NCBI GenBank assembly: GCA_030649735.1
Contig: JAUSFL010000004.1
Coordinates: 1-30,946, forward strand
Direction: 5' to 3'
Length of the DNA stretch: 30,946 nt
Source of the DNA: Candidatus Iainarchaeum sp.
GTDB lineage: Archaea > Iainarchaeota > Iainarchaeia > Iainarchaeales > UBA10191
This document shows, piece after piece, positions 16,949-26,315 of the stretch (positions are counted from its first letter, which is position 1; the number at the start of each line of letters is the position of its first letter). A program made the translations under genes and the position numbers. A model generated the notes under the pieces. That model made no database searches. It saw only the letters and a list, made by a program, of their open reading frames with translations, and was not told where the DNA came from.

Positions 16949-17054
16949 ATTCACCAAAAAGCTAAATAATTACTACAGCAGCATTTTAAATGATTAGCGT
17001 GCTTTTTTTCTTTTGAGCATTTGCCTATAATCAAGATTTAATGGTATTTTTAAT

Positions 17055-18572
17055 ATGTCTGAAAAGCTTTATTCTGCAACAGCCCGCGGTGCAATCTATA
17101 ATTATTCTTCAACAGTTCTTGTCACTTTGCTGCAGTTTTTGACTTCAATCGTTTTTATCAAAATGCTTTCTGTATTTGATTATGGAGTCTACAACATTAT
17201 AATCGGCGGTGTTGGAGTTTTGGGGCTTGTTTTTCCGGTTGCAACAATAATGCGTTTTCTTCCGGAATATGCCCAGAAAGGCAATACTTTGCTTGCAAAA
17301 AAGCTTGTGAAAACTTTCTTGTTCTATTCTTTAATAATTCTTGGAATTTTTGCATTAAGCGTTTTTCTTTTCTCCATTTCTTCATTTTCGAATGGCTTGC
17401 TAAAGCTGGGAATAACTAAGGAGTTCGTCTGGTTTTTCATTTTAATCTCGGTCTTGACTGTAATTTCTGGAATAATTGACACTGTATTAATTGCATTGAT
17501 TGACCAGAAATTCAGGAGCTTTATTCGGGTTTTGTATTCTTCATTGGTTTTTTTGCTGTCCTTGATTTTGCTTTCCTTTGGCTTTGCGCTGGTTGGGGTT
17601 TTTGCGGTCGCGCTTGCCTCCGCGGCAGTATTGCTTTCATTGTCTGCCTGGCGTTTGCAGAATCTGATTTTTTCAAGGCCTTTGCAAGGCGGGGGGAAGC
17701 TGGAGTCCAAGCGGCTGCTTGACTATTCCCTTTTCAGTTCGTTGAATTATTTTGGCGACATTGTTCTTGGATTGACAATTGACATTTGGGTAATTGGATT
17801 GTTTTTGGGCGCTTATCAGGCTGGATTGTACGCATTTGCCGCCAAGACAGCCCAGACTCTCATTGCCTTATCGCCGGCGGCAATTGCAACTATTGTTGTA
17901 TACCCGATGCTGATAAAAAAATACACTGAAACAGGAAGCAAGGAACATCTTGTTTATTTTTTCGGGCTTTACAGCAAGTTCATTGCCTTTTTTGTTTTTC
18001 CAATGATTATTGGAGTCGTTGTTTTTGCAGACCCAATAATAAGGTTTGTTTTCAACCCAGAGTATGTTTTGGTGACTGGAATTTTCATGATTTCGGCAAT
18101 TGGATTTGGCTTTTCGGCGTTCCGCTCCGCAACCCTTGCGGTTTACAGCACTTTGGAACGGCTGGATATTGGATTTAAGGCAAAGCTTTTTTTCATTTAC
18201 AACTTGGCTGCTGATTTGATTTTGGTTCCATTGTACGGCTTGACTGGGGCAATTTTTGCAACAACCACTGCCACTTTTTTTGTTTTTTTGACAGAATTCC
18301 TGCTTACAAGAAAGCTTGTTAATATTTCATTCCCAAAAATGGCTTTTTTAAGAATTCTTGCAAATTCTGCATTGATGGGCCTTATTGTTTTTTTGATTTT
18401 GCCTTTTGTTAAAAGCACTTTGACATTGGGCATTGCAGCCCTTGCTGGCATTGGATCATACTTTGCGCTTTCTTTCATTAACAGGCCTTTCAGCGAGAGG
18501 GATTCAGGTTTTTTTGAGAAACTTGGGTTTTTGGGAAAGTTCTTTTCCTTTTTCTCAAGAAAGAACCACTAA
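17055..18572 (+). CDS. MOP-superfamily oligosaccharide flippase (Wzx/AglR-like) no. 1
   Basis: 505-aa polytopic protein; LSVFDYGVY, AGLYAFA, LVPLYGLTGAIFAT. Confidence 0.88.
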   Translation: MSEKLYSATARGAIYNYSSTVLVTLLQFLTSIVFIKMLSVFDYGVYNIIIGGVGVLGLVFPVATIMRFLPEYAQKGNTLLAKKLVKTFLFYSLIILGIFALSVFLFSISSFSNGLLKLGITKEFVWFFILISVLTVISGIIDTVLIALIDQKFRSFIRVLYSSLVFLLSLILLSFGFALVGVFAVALASAAVLLSLSAWRLQNLIFSRPLQGGGKLESKRLLDYSLFSSLNYFGDIVLGLTIDIWVIGLFLGAYQAGLYAFAAKTAQTLIALSPAAIATIVVYPMLIKKYTETGSKEHLVYFFGLYSKFIAFFVFPMIIGVVVFADPIIRFVFNPEYVLVTGIFMISAIGFGFSAFRSATLAVYSTLERLDIGFKAKLFFIYNLAADLILVPLYGLTGAIFATTTATFFVFLTEFLLTRKLVNISFPKMAFLRILANSALMGLIVFLILPFVKSTLTLGIAALAGIGSYFALSFINRPFSERDSGFFEKLGFLGKFFSFFSRKNH

Positions 18573-18629
18573 TGGTTTTTAATTCAATTATGGAATTATA
18601 TTAAGAAAAGCAGGGCGGGGTTTTTTGTT

Positions 18630-19910
18630 TTGAAAAAAGTTTCAATAATTGGTTTGGGGTATGTTGGCTTGCCTTTGGCCTGCCTTGCGGCAAAAAAAGG
18701 CCATGCTGTTTTTGGCATTGACTTGAGCAAGGAAATTGTGGAAAAAACAAACAAGGGAGAAAGCCATATTTTGGACGAGGGTTTGAAAAAAAGCGTTTTT
18801 GAAGCCAAAGGAAAAATTCATGCAACGACCAATGCTTCGGAAGTTTTGAAAGACTCTGAAGTGATTGTGGTTTGTGTTCCAACCCCTGTTGACAAAAAAT
18901 GCCTTCCAGACTTGGGTCCTGTTAAGGCGGCTTGCGAAGATATTGCAAAAAGCCTGAAGAAAGGCCAAGTTGTGATTGTTGAGTCAACAATTTATCCCGG
19001 AACTATTCAGGAAGTTGTCCACCCAATTCTTGAAAAGTCTGGGTTGAAGGCAGGAAAGGACTTTTATCTCGCGCATTGCCCGGAACGCATTGATCCAGGC
19101 AACAAAAAATGGGCTGTTGAGAAAATTCCGCGCGTGGTTGGAGGAATTAACGAGAAAAGCACCCAATTGGCCGCCGAGTTTTACGAAAGCATTTTGGACG
19201 CGAAAGTAAAGCGCTTGAATTCAGTGAAGGCTGCAGAGGCAGTCAAAATCATGGAAAACACTTTCCGAGACATCAACATTGCGTTCGTGAATGAAATGGC
19301 AAGGTCTTTTGATGTTTTGGGAATTGACATCAAGGAAGTGATTGAAGGCGCTTCCTCAAAGCCTTTTGGATTCATGCCTTTCTATCCAGGCCCTGGAGTT
19401 GGAGGTCACTGCATTGCAGTGGACCCTTATTACTTGATAGAGCGGGCGAGGCAAAGCGGCTTTGACCACAAATTCCTGCGATTGGCGCGGGAAATCAACG
19501 AGTCAATGCCTTCCTATGTTATTCAATTGGCTTCTGAAGGATTGAATCATTCTGGAAAAAGCCTGAATGGAAGCAAGGTTTGCGTTTTGGGAATTGCCTA
19601 CAAGCCAAACGTTGATGATTCTAGGGAAAGCCCTTCATTCCCTATTATAGAATTATTGCAGGAAAGAAAGGCAGTATTGAAAATTTTTGACCCTTTGGCT
19701 GTTGAATTGAACAATTCAAAAAGCATTGAAGACGCAGTGAAGGACTCTGACTGCGTGATTATTGCAACAAACCATGAAGAATTTTTGGAAAAAATCACTC
19801 CGGAATTCTTGAAAAAGAACAAAGTGCCTTTCATTCTAGACTGCAGGAATTCCTTCAAAAAGCAGGATTTTGAAAAGGCTGGAATTCTTTACAAGGGCGT
19901 CGGAAGCTGA
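18630..19910 (+). CDS. UDP-N-acetylhexosamine 6-dehydrogenase (WbpA/WecC family)
   Basis: GLGYVGLP, CVPTP, ESTIYPGT, PERIDPG, KIMENTFRDINIA, GVGGHCIAVDP, AYKPNVDDSRESP. Confidence 0.93.
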   Translation: MKKVSIIGLGYVGLPLACLAAKKGHAVFGIDLSKEIVEKTNKGESHILDEGLKKSVFEAKGKIHATTNASEVLKDSEVIVVCVPTPVDKKCLPDLGPVKAACEDIAKSLKKGQVVIVESTIYPGTIQEVVHPILEKSGLKAGKDFYLAHCPERIDPGNKKWAVEKIPRVVGGINEKSTQLAAEFYESILDAKVKRLNSVKAAEAVKIMENTFRDINIAFVNEMARSFDVLGIDIKEVIEGASSKPFGFMPFYPGPGVGGHCIAVDPYYLIERARQSGFDHKFLRLAREINESMPSYVIQLASEGLNHSGKSLNGSKVCVLGIAYKPNVDDSRESPSFPIIELLQERKAVLKIFDPLAVELNNSKSIEDAVKDSDCVIIATNHEEFLEKITPEFLKKNKVPFILDCRNSFKKQDFEKAGILYKGVGS

Positions 19911-19912
19911 AT

Positions 19913-21547
19913 TCAAGGGCAATTGTTTCGTTTGTTCGCAAAAAGCATGAATGCAGTGTCTTTTCCGGACTTTAATTCTTCGCAAAGCCTGAATTCTTTT
20001 GCGTCAAGGCCCAGTTTGTCCGGAGTTTTTGAGGATATCAAAAAGTCAATTTCTTCAGCTGAGTGCTTTTTGTTGTCTGTTAAAATAAGGCTTTTTTTCA
20101 GTTCGAACTCTTTCTGCCTTTCAGGGTCTGGAGGAAAAAACTTTTTGAAGAAAGGATTGTTAACTTCAGTGTCAAGCGCGTAAATTCCCAGGTAATATTC
20201 TGGAAGGTCTGTTCCGATGCTGCTGTAAACTGTTTTTCCTTCAGGAATTTTTTGCACTGCCTGCGAGAATCCCTTGAAGTCGTGCTGTTGAATTACAATC
20301 GCTGATTGCACTGCAAAAGCTGCCAAAAACAATGCGGCAACAATCCAGAAGTGCTTGTGCTTGCTTAATTCTGCCAGCGCAAATGCCGAAATTGCAAGCA
20401 TTGGGAATTCAATTTCTGCCAGGTAGTTTGTCCTTTGAATGCTCAGGATTGCCGAAAAATAAATTAGGAAAACCAAGAAAAGCAGGAGGATTGCCAGTTG
20501 GGCGGAATTTCTTCTTTTCAGGATTAAAAACGCGCCGCCCAATGTAAAGACAAGCAGCAATGGAGTGTAAAACAGCCCGGCAAGATTTAAGTAAAATAAA
20601 TTGCTTGGCGTTCTTGCAGTTCCTCCAATGCTGTCGGCAATGAAAGAACTATAATGCACTTGCTCGCTCAAGTCATTGACTTGGCTTCCGTATTTTTGAA
20701 TGTAAGCTTGTGTTATTCCTGAATTTCCAACAATCACAGGCAAGTTGTAGGCTATTGCAAACAGGATTAATGCTGAACAAACCAGCGCTTCTTTCCTGCA
20801 TTCTTTTGAAAGAATCTCTTTTCTCCAGGTCCATGCAAGAATTGCAAAGGCTGGAATGAACGCAAAAACTGTTTCCCTTGTTGAAAGCCCCAAGGCCAAA
20901 GCCAGTCCGGCCAATGGAAGGAGCTTTTTTTGCCTTGTGCTTTCCGCAAGCAATGCAAGCGAAAGCGCGCCAAGGAACATTCCTAAGGAATCCCTGAATG
21001 AGGAAGCGCTTATGAAAATCCCGAACGGCGAAAGCATCAGCAGGGCGAATGCAATGATTCCTGTCCTTTCGTCAAAGACTTTCCTGCAAATGAAAAAAGC
21101 GCAAACCGCAATCCCTAAAGTCGAGAATGTTGAAATCAATTCTCCGGTAATGTTTGGCTTCAGGCCTGTCAGTGCAATTCCAAAAGACTGAAGGATAAGG
21201 AAAAACTCCGGCGCGTAAAAAAGGTACGGGATTTTGAAGGCGAATTTTGCCAGCAAAAAGCCCGCAAGCAGTATTGCAGTGATTTTCCAGTTTTTTTTCA
21301 CAAAGGCAAAGTATGAAAAAACAGCAATTGCCAGCAATGCTGGAATCACTGCCAGAATGTTGGAAAGCAAAGTGTGCGCGATTTTGAACGCGAACATTCC
21401 ATAAAATGCCTCGTCTCCAGTAATGTCAGTGCGGTTTATGAAAGCCAGCCTTAACAATAATCCAAGGACTGCAATTCCTAACAGAATCAGTAAAGTGTTC
21501 TTTTTCTGAAATTCAAAAGCTTTTTCCAGCATGCTATTGTCATTCAT
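19913..21547 (-). CDS. GT-C fold (ArnT/PMT_2-like) membrane glycosyltransferase
   Basis: GLLLRL followed by the DEAFY acidic motif after TM1, many TM helices, LSPF...D, and a soluble C-terminal domain. Confidence 0.8.
   Translation of the reverse strand: MNDNSMLEKAFEFQKKNTLLILLGIAVLGLLLRLAFINRTDITGDEAFYGMFAFKIAHTLLSNILAVIPALLAIAVFSYFAFVKKNWKITAILLAGFLLAKFAFKIPYLFYAPEFFLILQSFGIALTGLKPNITGELISTFSTLGIAVCAFFICRKVFDERTGIIAFALLMLSPFGIFISASSFRDSLGMFLGALSLALLAESTRQKKLLPLAGLALALGLSTRETVFAFIPAFAILAWTWRKEILSKECRKEALVCSALILFAIAYNLPVIVGNSGITQAYIQKYGSQVNDLSEQVHYSSFIADSIGGTARTPSNLFYLNLAGLFYTPLLLVFTLGGAFLILKRRNSAQLAILLLFLVFLIYFSAILSIQRTNYLAEIEFPMLAISAFALAELSKHKHFWIVAALFLAAFAVQSAIVIQQHDFKGFSQAVQKIPEGKTVYSSIGTDLPEYYLGIYALDTEVNNPFFKKFFPPDPERQKEFELKKSLILTDNKKHSAEEIDFLISSKTPDKLGLDAKEFRLCEELKSGKDTAFMLFANKRNNCP
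21230..21394. repeat. 15-bp imperfect direct repeat, copies 150 bp apart, inside the GT-C gene
   Basis: GATTTTGAAGGCGAA (21230-21244) and GATTTTGAACGCGAA (21380-21394), 14/15 identical, both encoding FAFKI. Confidence 0.6.
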
Positions 21548-21617
21548 GTACCAAACTCATTTAAATAATTTAAGACAGCCATTAATTGCGAATGACTGGC
21601 AAAATGGGGTTTTTCAA

Positions 21618-22580
21618 TTGAACATTCTGGTGACTGGCGGCTGTGGCTTTATTGCAAGCAATTTCATCAGGAAAGAGCTTTCAGAAAACTCTGAGAACAC
21701 AATTACTAACCTGGATTCCTTGACTTATGCAGGCAATCCCTCAAACTGCAAAGACTTTGAAGAAAACCCGCGCTATTCTTTCATCAAGGCAGACATTAAT
21801 GAAATCAATAGATTGAAAGTCCGGAAAGACTTTGACTGGATTGTGAACTTTGCCGCAGAAACCCATGTTGACAACAGCATTTCAGGCCCTGACGCTTTTG
21901 TAAAAACAAACATTAATGGAGCCCTCGAGCTTTTGAAATTCTGCAGGCAGAATGACATTAATTTCTTTCAAATATCAACTGACGAAGTTTACGGCAGCAT
22001 TGAAAAAGGCGCTTTCAAAGAAAGCGATGTTTTTTTGCCTAACTCTCCGTACTCTGCCTCAAAAGCCGCTGCTGAAATGCTCGTTCGGGCTTACCAAAAA
22101 ACTTACGGCTTGAAAACATTGGTTTCACGCAGTTCAAACAATTACGGGCCTTTCCAGCATCCTGAAAAGCTCATTCCATTGTTTATCACTAATCTTTTGG
22201 AAGGAAAGAAAGTCCCAGTTTACGGCAGTGGCTTGAATGTCAGGGACTGGGTTTTTGTGGAAGACAATTCCAAAATGCTAAGCATAATGCTGAATTCCGG
22301 AAAAACAAACGAGTCTTACAATATTGGCGGCTTGAACGAGCGCTCTAATTTGGAAATCACGCGAATGCTTTTGAAAGGATTGGGAAAGGACGAAAAGTCC
22401 ATTGAGCATGTTGAAGACCGCAAAGGGCATGACTTCAGGTATGCATTGGACTGCAAAAAATTCGAGAAAGACTTTGGAAAATTCAAGCGCGCTGAATTCC
22501 AAAAAGGCCTGCAGCTTACTATTGACTGGTACAAGAACAATGCTTCCTGGTGGAAGCCATTGAAGCAAAAAAAGGAGTGA
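21618..22580 (+). CDS. rfbB: dTDP-glucose 4,6-dehydratase
   Basis: ILVTGGCGFIA, LTYAGN, FAAETHVDNSI, STDEVYG, YSASK, DRKGHDFRYA. TTG 21618 after GGGGT preferred; the ORF track start 21531 overlaps the divergent gene. Confidence 0.95.
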   Translation: MNILVTGGCGFIASNFIRKELSENSENTITNLDSLTYAGNPSNCKDFEENPRYSFIKADINEINRLKVRKDFDWIVNFAAETHVDNSISGPDAFVKTNINGALELLKFCRQNDINFFQISTDEVYGSIEKGAFKESDVFLPNSPYSASKAAAEMLVRAYQKTYGLKTLVSRSSNNYGPFQHPEKLIPLFITNLLEGKKVPVYGSGLNVRDWVFVEDNSKMLSIMLNSGKTNESYNIGGLNERSNLEITRMLLKGLGKDEKSIEHVEDRKGHDFRYALDCKKFEKDFGKFKRAEFQKGLQLTIDWYKNNASWWKPLKQKKE

Positions 22581-22586
22581 TTTTTT

Positions 22587-23333
22587 TTGAAGGGCGTGAT
22601 TCTAGCAGGCGGAAAAGGAACAAGGCTTTTGCCTTTGACATTGGCCACAAACAAGCACTTGCTTCCAGTCTATGACAAGCCCATGATTTTCTATCCCTTG
22701 CAGACCTTGAAGGATGCTGGAATCAAGGACGTTTTGATAATCATTGACCCCGAAAATGCCGGCGCTTTCCTTCGGATTTTGGGAAGCGGCCTTGAGTTTG
22801 GAGTAAACTTGACTTTCAGGATTCAGGACAGCCATGTTGGCTTTGGAATTGCAGGGGCCTTAAGCCTTGCTGAAGACTTCTGCAAAAACGACTGCCTTGC
22901 AGTGATTTTGGGCGACAATATTTTTGAAGACTCTTTCAAGAGCGCGATTGCAGATTTTGAAAAAAAGCGCAATGGATCCTGTGTTTTCCTGAAAAAAGTT
23001 CCAGACCCTTCAAGGTTTGGAGTTGCGGAATTGAATGGCGAAAAAGTCGTTTCAATCGAGGAAAAGCCAAAAAAGCCAAAGTCAGACTTTGCAGTCACTG
23101 GCTTTTACATTTATGACAATAATGTTTTTGACTTGATTAAAAAAATAAAGCCAAGCGGCCGCGGAGAGCTTGAAATCACTGACGTGAACAAGGCATACCT
23201 TGCGAATGGATCCCTTGCGGCAAAAATAGTCAGCGGGTTCTGGAGCGATGCCGGAACAATCCCTTCATTGCAGAACGCGTCAGAGCTTGTCAAAGGCAAT
23301 GCAATAAAAAACAAAGCCTGCTCTTCCTGTTAA
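22587..23333 (+). CDS. rfbA: Glucose-1-phosphate thymidylyltransferase (short, SpsI-like)
   Basis: ILAGGKGTRLLPLT, NKHLLPVYDKPMI, LGDNIF, EEKP, RGELEITD, WSDAGT; GGAGTGA RBS. Confidence 0.92.
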   Translation: MKGVILAGGKGTRLLPLTLATNKHLLPVYDKPMIFYPLQTLKDAGIKDVLIIIDPENAGAFLRILGSGLEFGVNLTFRIQDSHVGFGIAGALSLAEDFCKNDCLAVILGDNIFEDSFKSAIADFEKKRNGSCVFLKKVPDPSRFGVAELNGEKVVSIEEKPKKPKSDFAVTGFYIYDNNVFDLIKKIKPSGRGELEITDVNKAYLANGSLAAKIVSGFWSDAGTIPSLQNASELVKGNAIKNKACSSC

Positions 23334-23360
23334 GGGATTTAAGAAAAAAGTTGTTTGAAA

Positions 23361-24794
23361 ATGGCTGACTCTATAGTTAAAGGAAGCTTTTACCTGACTC
23401 TTGCCACTGCATTCTATCTTGCGGCAAACTATGTTGTTTACTTTTTGCTTTCGCGTTCTTTCACTCCGGCAGAGTTTGGAGTTTACGGGATTGTAACAAC
23501 ATTGGTTTCAACTGTTGGAATGCTTTTGGCATCTTCAATAGAGCCTGCGGCTTCAAAATTTGCTTCAGAAACCAACGCAAGCGTTGGCAAAGTCTCCCGC
23601 GCTGTCTTTTCATTGACCCTCAAAATCTCTTTCGCGCTTTTCGCGGTTGTTTTCCTGCTGGCTGATTTCATAGCATTGGCTTTTAATGATTCTTCACTCG
23701 CAACTCCAATCCGATTGGCTTCATTGTTCATTGTTTTCGCGCCATTGTTCAGTTCAGGAACAGGATTGCTTTCAGGCACCAGGCATTTTCTCAAGCAATC
23801 AGCTTCAATAACTGCTTACTCAATAATCCGGGTGCTTTTAATAATTGGTTTTGTATTGCTTGGCTTTTCAGTGCTTGGAGCTCTTGCTGGAGTAGTGCTT
23901 TCAGTAATGGCGATTTCAGTGATAGTTTGGCTTTTGAACAAGCCTGCTTTTGAAAAAGCCGGCACTTCACAATTGCAAAAGCGCGTTCTTCCATTCCTGC
24001 TTCCATTAATGCTTTTGGCTCTTTTAACCAATTTTTTAACAAACTTTGACTTGTTTGCTGTCAAGGCGTTAAGCGCTCCTGGAGTCTCAAGCATTAACGC
24101 CGGGTTTTACGCTGCTGCTTCTTTGCTTTCAAAAATTCCCTTGCTGCTGATTTCTGCAGTTTCAATAGTAGTGATTCCAGTAATTTCCAGGCAAGGCTTT
24201 GCGCGCTTGGAAAACACCCAGAAAATAATCCGCACTACAATGCGTTATTCACTGATGATTCTTGCCCCAATTGTCCTGGCCCTTGCTTTCACTTCGCAAG
24301 AAGTGATACAATTGTTTTATTCGGCAAAATTCCTTCCTGCAGCAGAGCCTTTCACGATTCTCGTGCTGGGCATTGGGCTTTTCAGCCTGGCAACAGTCGC
24401 TTTCAACATTATGATCGCTTTAGGCAGGCCTAAAATTCCGACAATAATAACTCTTTTTTCCTTGATTATCGCAGTCGCTTTAAGCATTGCATTAGTTCCA
24501 TTGATTTCAATGCGCGGCGCTGCCATTGCAACAGCAGTTGCAGGCGCTTTTGCTTTTGCTTGTGCGGCTTTTTACCTGATTTTCAGGCTTAAGGCCTTAA
24601 TGTCCTGGATTTCCCTTGCCAGAATCGCGATAGCCGCGTGCTTGACTGCTTTTGCTTTAGGCTTTTGGCAGGTTGGCGGATTGCTTCTGGTTTTAAAGTA
24701 TTTGGCATTCCTTATTTTGTATTGTTTTTTATTGGTTGCACTTAAAGAGTTCAAAAAAGAAGATTGGAATTTCTTTCTGGGAATAGTGAAGTGA
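23361..24794 (+). CDS. MOP-superfamily oligosaccharide flippase (Wzx/AglR-like) no. 2
   Basis: Polytopic; PAEFGVY, AGFYAAA, LVPLISMRGAAIAT. Start is ATG 23361 or TTG 23355. Confidence 0.88.
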   Translation: MADSIVKGSFYLTLATAFYLAANYVVYFLLSRSFTPAEFGVYGIVTTLVSTVGMLLASSIEPAASKFASETNASVGKVSRAVFSLTLKISFALFAVVFLLADFIALAFNDSSLATPIRLASLFIVFAPLFSSGTGLLSGTRHFLKQSASITAYSIIRVLLIIGFVLLGFSVLGALAGVVLSVMAISVIVWLLNKPAFEKAGTSQLQKRVLPFLLPLMLLALLTNFLTNFDLFAVKALSAPGVSSINAGFYAAASLLSKIPLLLISAVSIVVIPVISRQGFARLENTQKIIRTTMRYSLMILAPIVLALAFTSQEVIQLFYSAKFLPAAEPFTILVLGIGLFSLATVAFNIMIALGRPKIPTIITLFSLIIAVALSIALVPLISMRGAAIATAVAGAFAFACAAFYLIFRLKALMSWISLARIAIAACLTAFALGFWQVGGLLLVLKYLAFLILYCFLLVALKEFKKEDWNFFLGIVK

Positions 24795-26315
24795 ATGAGC
24801 TCTAAAATTGCTTTCCTCAGCCCTTCAGGCAGGTCATTGAGCATGCGCCCGCCTTTGGCTTACCTTTCCTTAAGCGCTTTTCTTGAAGAGAATGGAATAG
24901 GCTCTGACATTGTTGAATCAAAGGGATTCAGTGCAAAAAAGTCTTTGGAGAAGTCTTTTGAAAAACTTCACAGGCTAAAGCCGGAAATCATTGGATTAAC
25001 CTGCCTGACAACTGAAGTCTTGGAAGCCCGGGCTGTTGCGCAACGCTTGCATAAAGAATTCCCGGAATCAACATTGATTGTCGGGGGAGTTCACCCGACT
25101 TTAAGGCCGCAAGACCTGATTTTTGAAAACAATGGAATAGACTATGCGGTAATGGGCGAGGGCGAGGAAACATCTCTCGAGCTTGTCCAAAAGATTTTGG
25201 CAAATGACGTTTCTGGAAAAACAATGGGCAAAGTTCAAGGAATTGCATTCTTGAATGGAAAAAAGCTGGAAATTACTGAAAAAAGGCCGTTGATTAAAGA
25301 TTTGAGTGTTCTTCCCTCGCCGAATTATGGCAAAATTGACATGGACTTTTACACAAAGCCAGACATTTACTGCATTCGAGGAGTTCCAATTTCCGGATTT
25401 TATTTTTTCACAAGCAGGGGCTGTCCTTTCGCCTGCCAGTTCTGCGTTAACAAAAACCTTTTCGGACGCACAATCCGCTACAAAGACCCTGTAAAAGTTG
25501 TTGAAGACATTGAAGCAGTGGTGAAAAAGAACGGAATTGACGGCTTTTACTTTTATGATGACACTTTCACAGTAAATAGAAAGCATGTTGAAAAGATCTG
25601 TTCAGAATTGAAGGAAAGAAAGCTTGACTTGATTTGGGGCTGTGAAACCCGCGTGAACCTGGTTTACAAGGACTTGATGGTTGCAATGAAAAAAGCAGGC
25701 TGTGTTCAAATAGACTTTGGGGTAGAGTCCGGCAGTGAAATAAACCTAAAACGCCTGCAAAAAGGAATCACGGTTCCGGAAATAAAGAACGGCTTCAAGA
25801 TTTGCAAGGAAGTTGGAATCAGGACTTTCGCAAACTTCATGCTTAACACTCCTGACGAGACAGAGCAGGACGTGGAAGAAACAATACAGCTTGCCCGCGA
25901 GCTTAATGCCAACGTGAGCATTTTTAATGTAACAACCCCGTTTCCAGGGACTGAAATTTACGACAGGCTTGGCGGAGTTCCTTTAGAAGATTATGAAACC
26001 CTCGGGCCCAATCCCACTTCGTTCAATGTCTGGCTTTCAATGATTGAAACAAAGTACAAGCTTTCAGAGCACAAAATGCCTTTAGGGACATTGCTTGAAA
26101 GACTGAACAAGGAATTCCCGAGCATTCATTCGCTTTCTTTTGGAAACCCAAAGCACTTGGCGCGCTTTTTGAACAACATGGCTTTCTTGTTCAAGCCAAG
26201 CTATATTGCAAAGCTTTTGAAAAGCAAGCACAGGAAGCAGTACCTTGACTTTTTGCTTCATGTTTCAGACTATTTGAAAGCCCAGAAAAATCTTGAAGAG
26301 AGTGAAGACCAGTGA
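24795..26315 (+). CDS. Cobalamin-binding radical SAM protein (no. 3)
   Basis: PPLAYLSLSA, VGGVHPT, GEGEE, SRGCPFACQFC, YDDTF, FGVESGS, TPFPGT. Confidence 0.93.
   Translation: MSSKIAFLSPSGRSLSMRPPLAYLSLSAFLEENGIGSDIVESKGFSAKKSLEKSFEKLHRLKPEIIGLTCLTTEVLEARAVAQRLHKEFPESTLIVGGVHPTLRPQDLIFENNGIDYAVMGEGEETSLELVQKILANDVSGKTMGKVQGIAFLNGKKLEITEKRPLIKDLSVLPSPNYGKIDMDFYTKPDIYCIRGVPISGFYFFTSRGCPFACQFCVNKNLFGRTIRYKDPVKVVEDIEAVVKKNGIDGFYFYDDTFTVNRKHVEKICSELKERKLDLIWGCETRVNLVYKDLMVAMKKAGCVQIDFGVESGSEINLKRLQKGITVPEIKNGFKICKEVGIRTFANFMLNTPDETEQDVEETIQLARELNANVSIFNVTTPFPGTEIYDRLGGVPLEDYETLGPNPTSFNVWLSMIETKYKLSEHKMPLGTLLERLNKEFPSIHSLSFGNPKHLARFLNNMAFLFKPSYIAKLLKSKHRKQYLDFLLHVSDYLKAQKNLEESEDQ

Noticed and set aside
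21531-21617. N-terminal extension of RfbB in the ORF track
   Set aside because: Overlaps the divergent GT-C start and the shared promoter. The Rossmann motif begins right after TTG 21618, which has an RBS.
21633-21660. GxxGxxA instead of GxxGxxG in RfbB
   Set aside because: Such variants occur in active dehydratases, and the TDE and YxxxK catalytic residues are intact.
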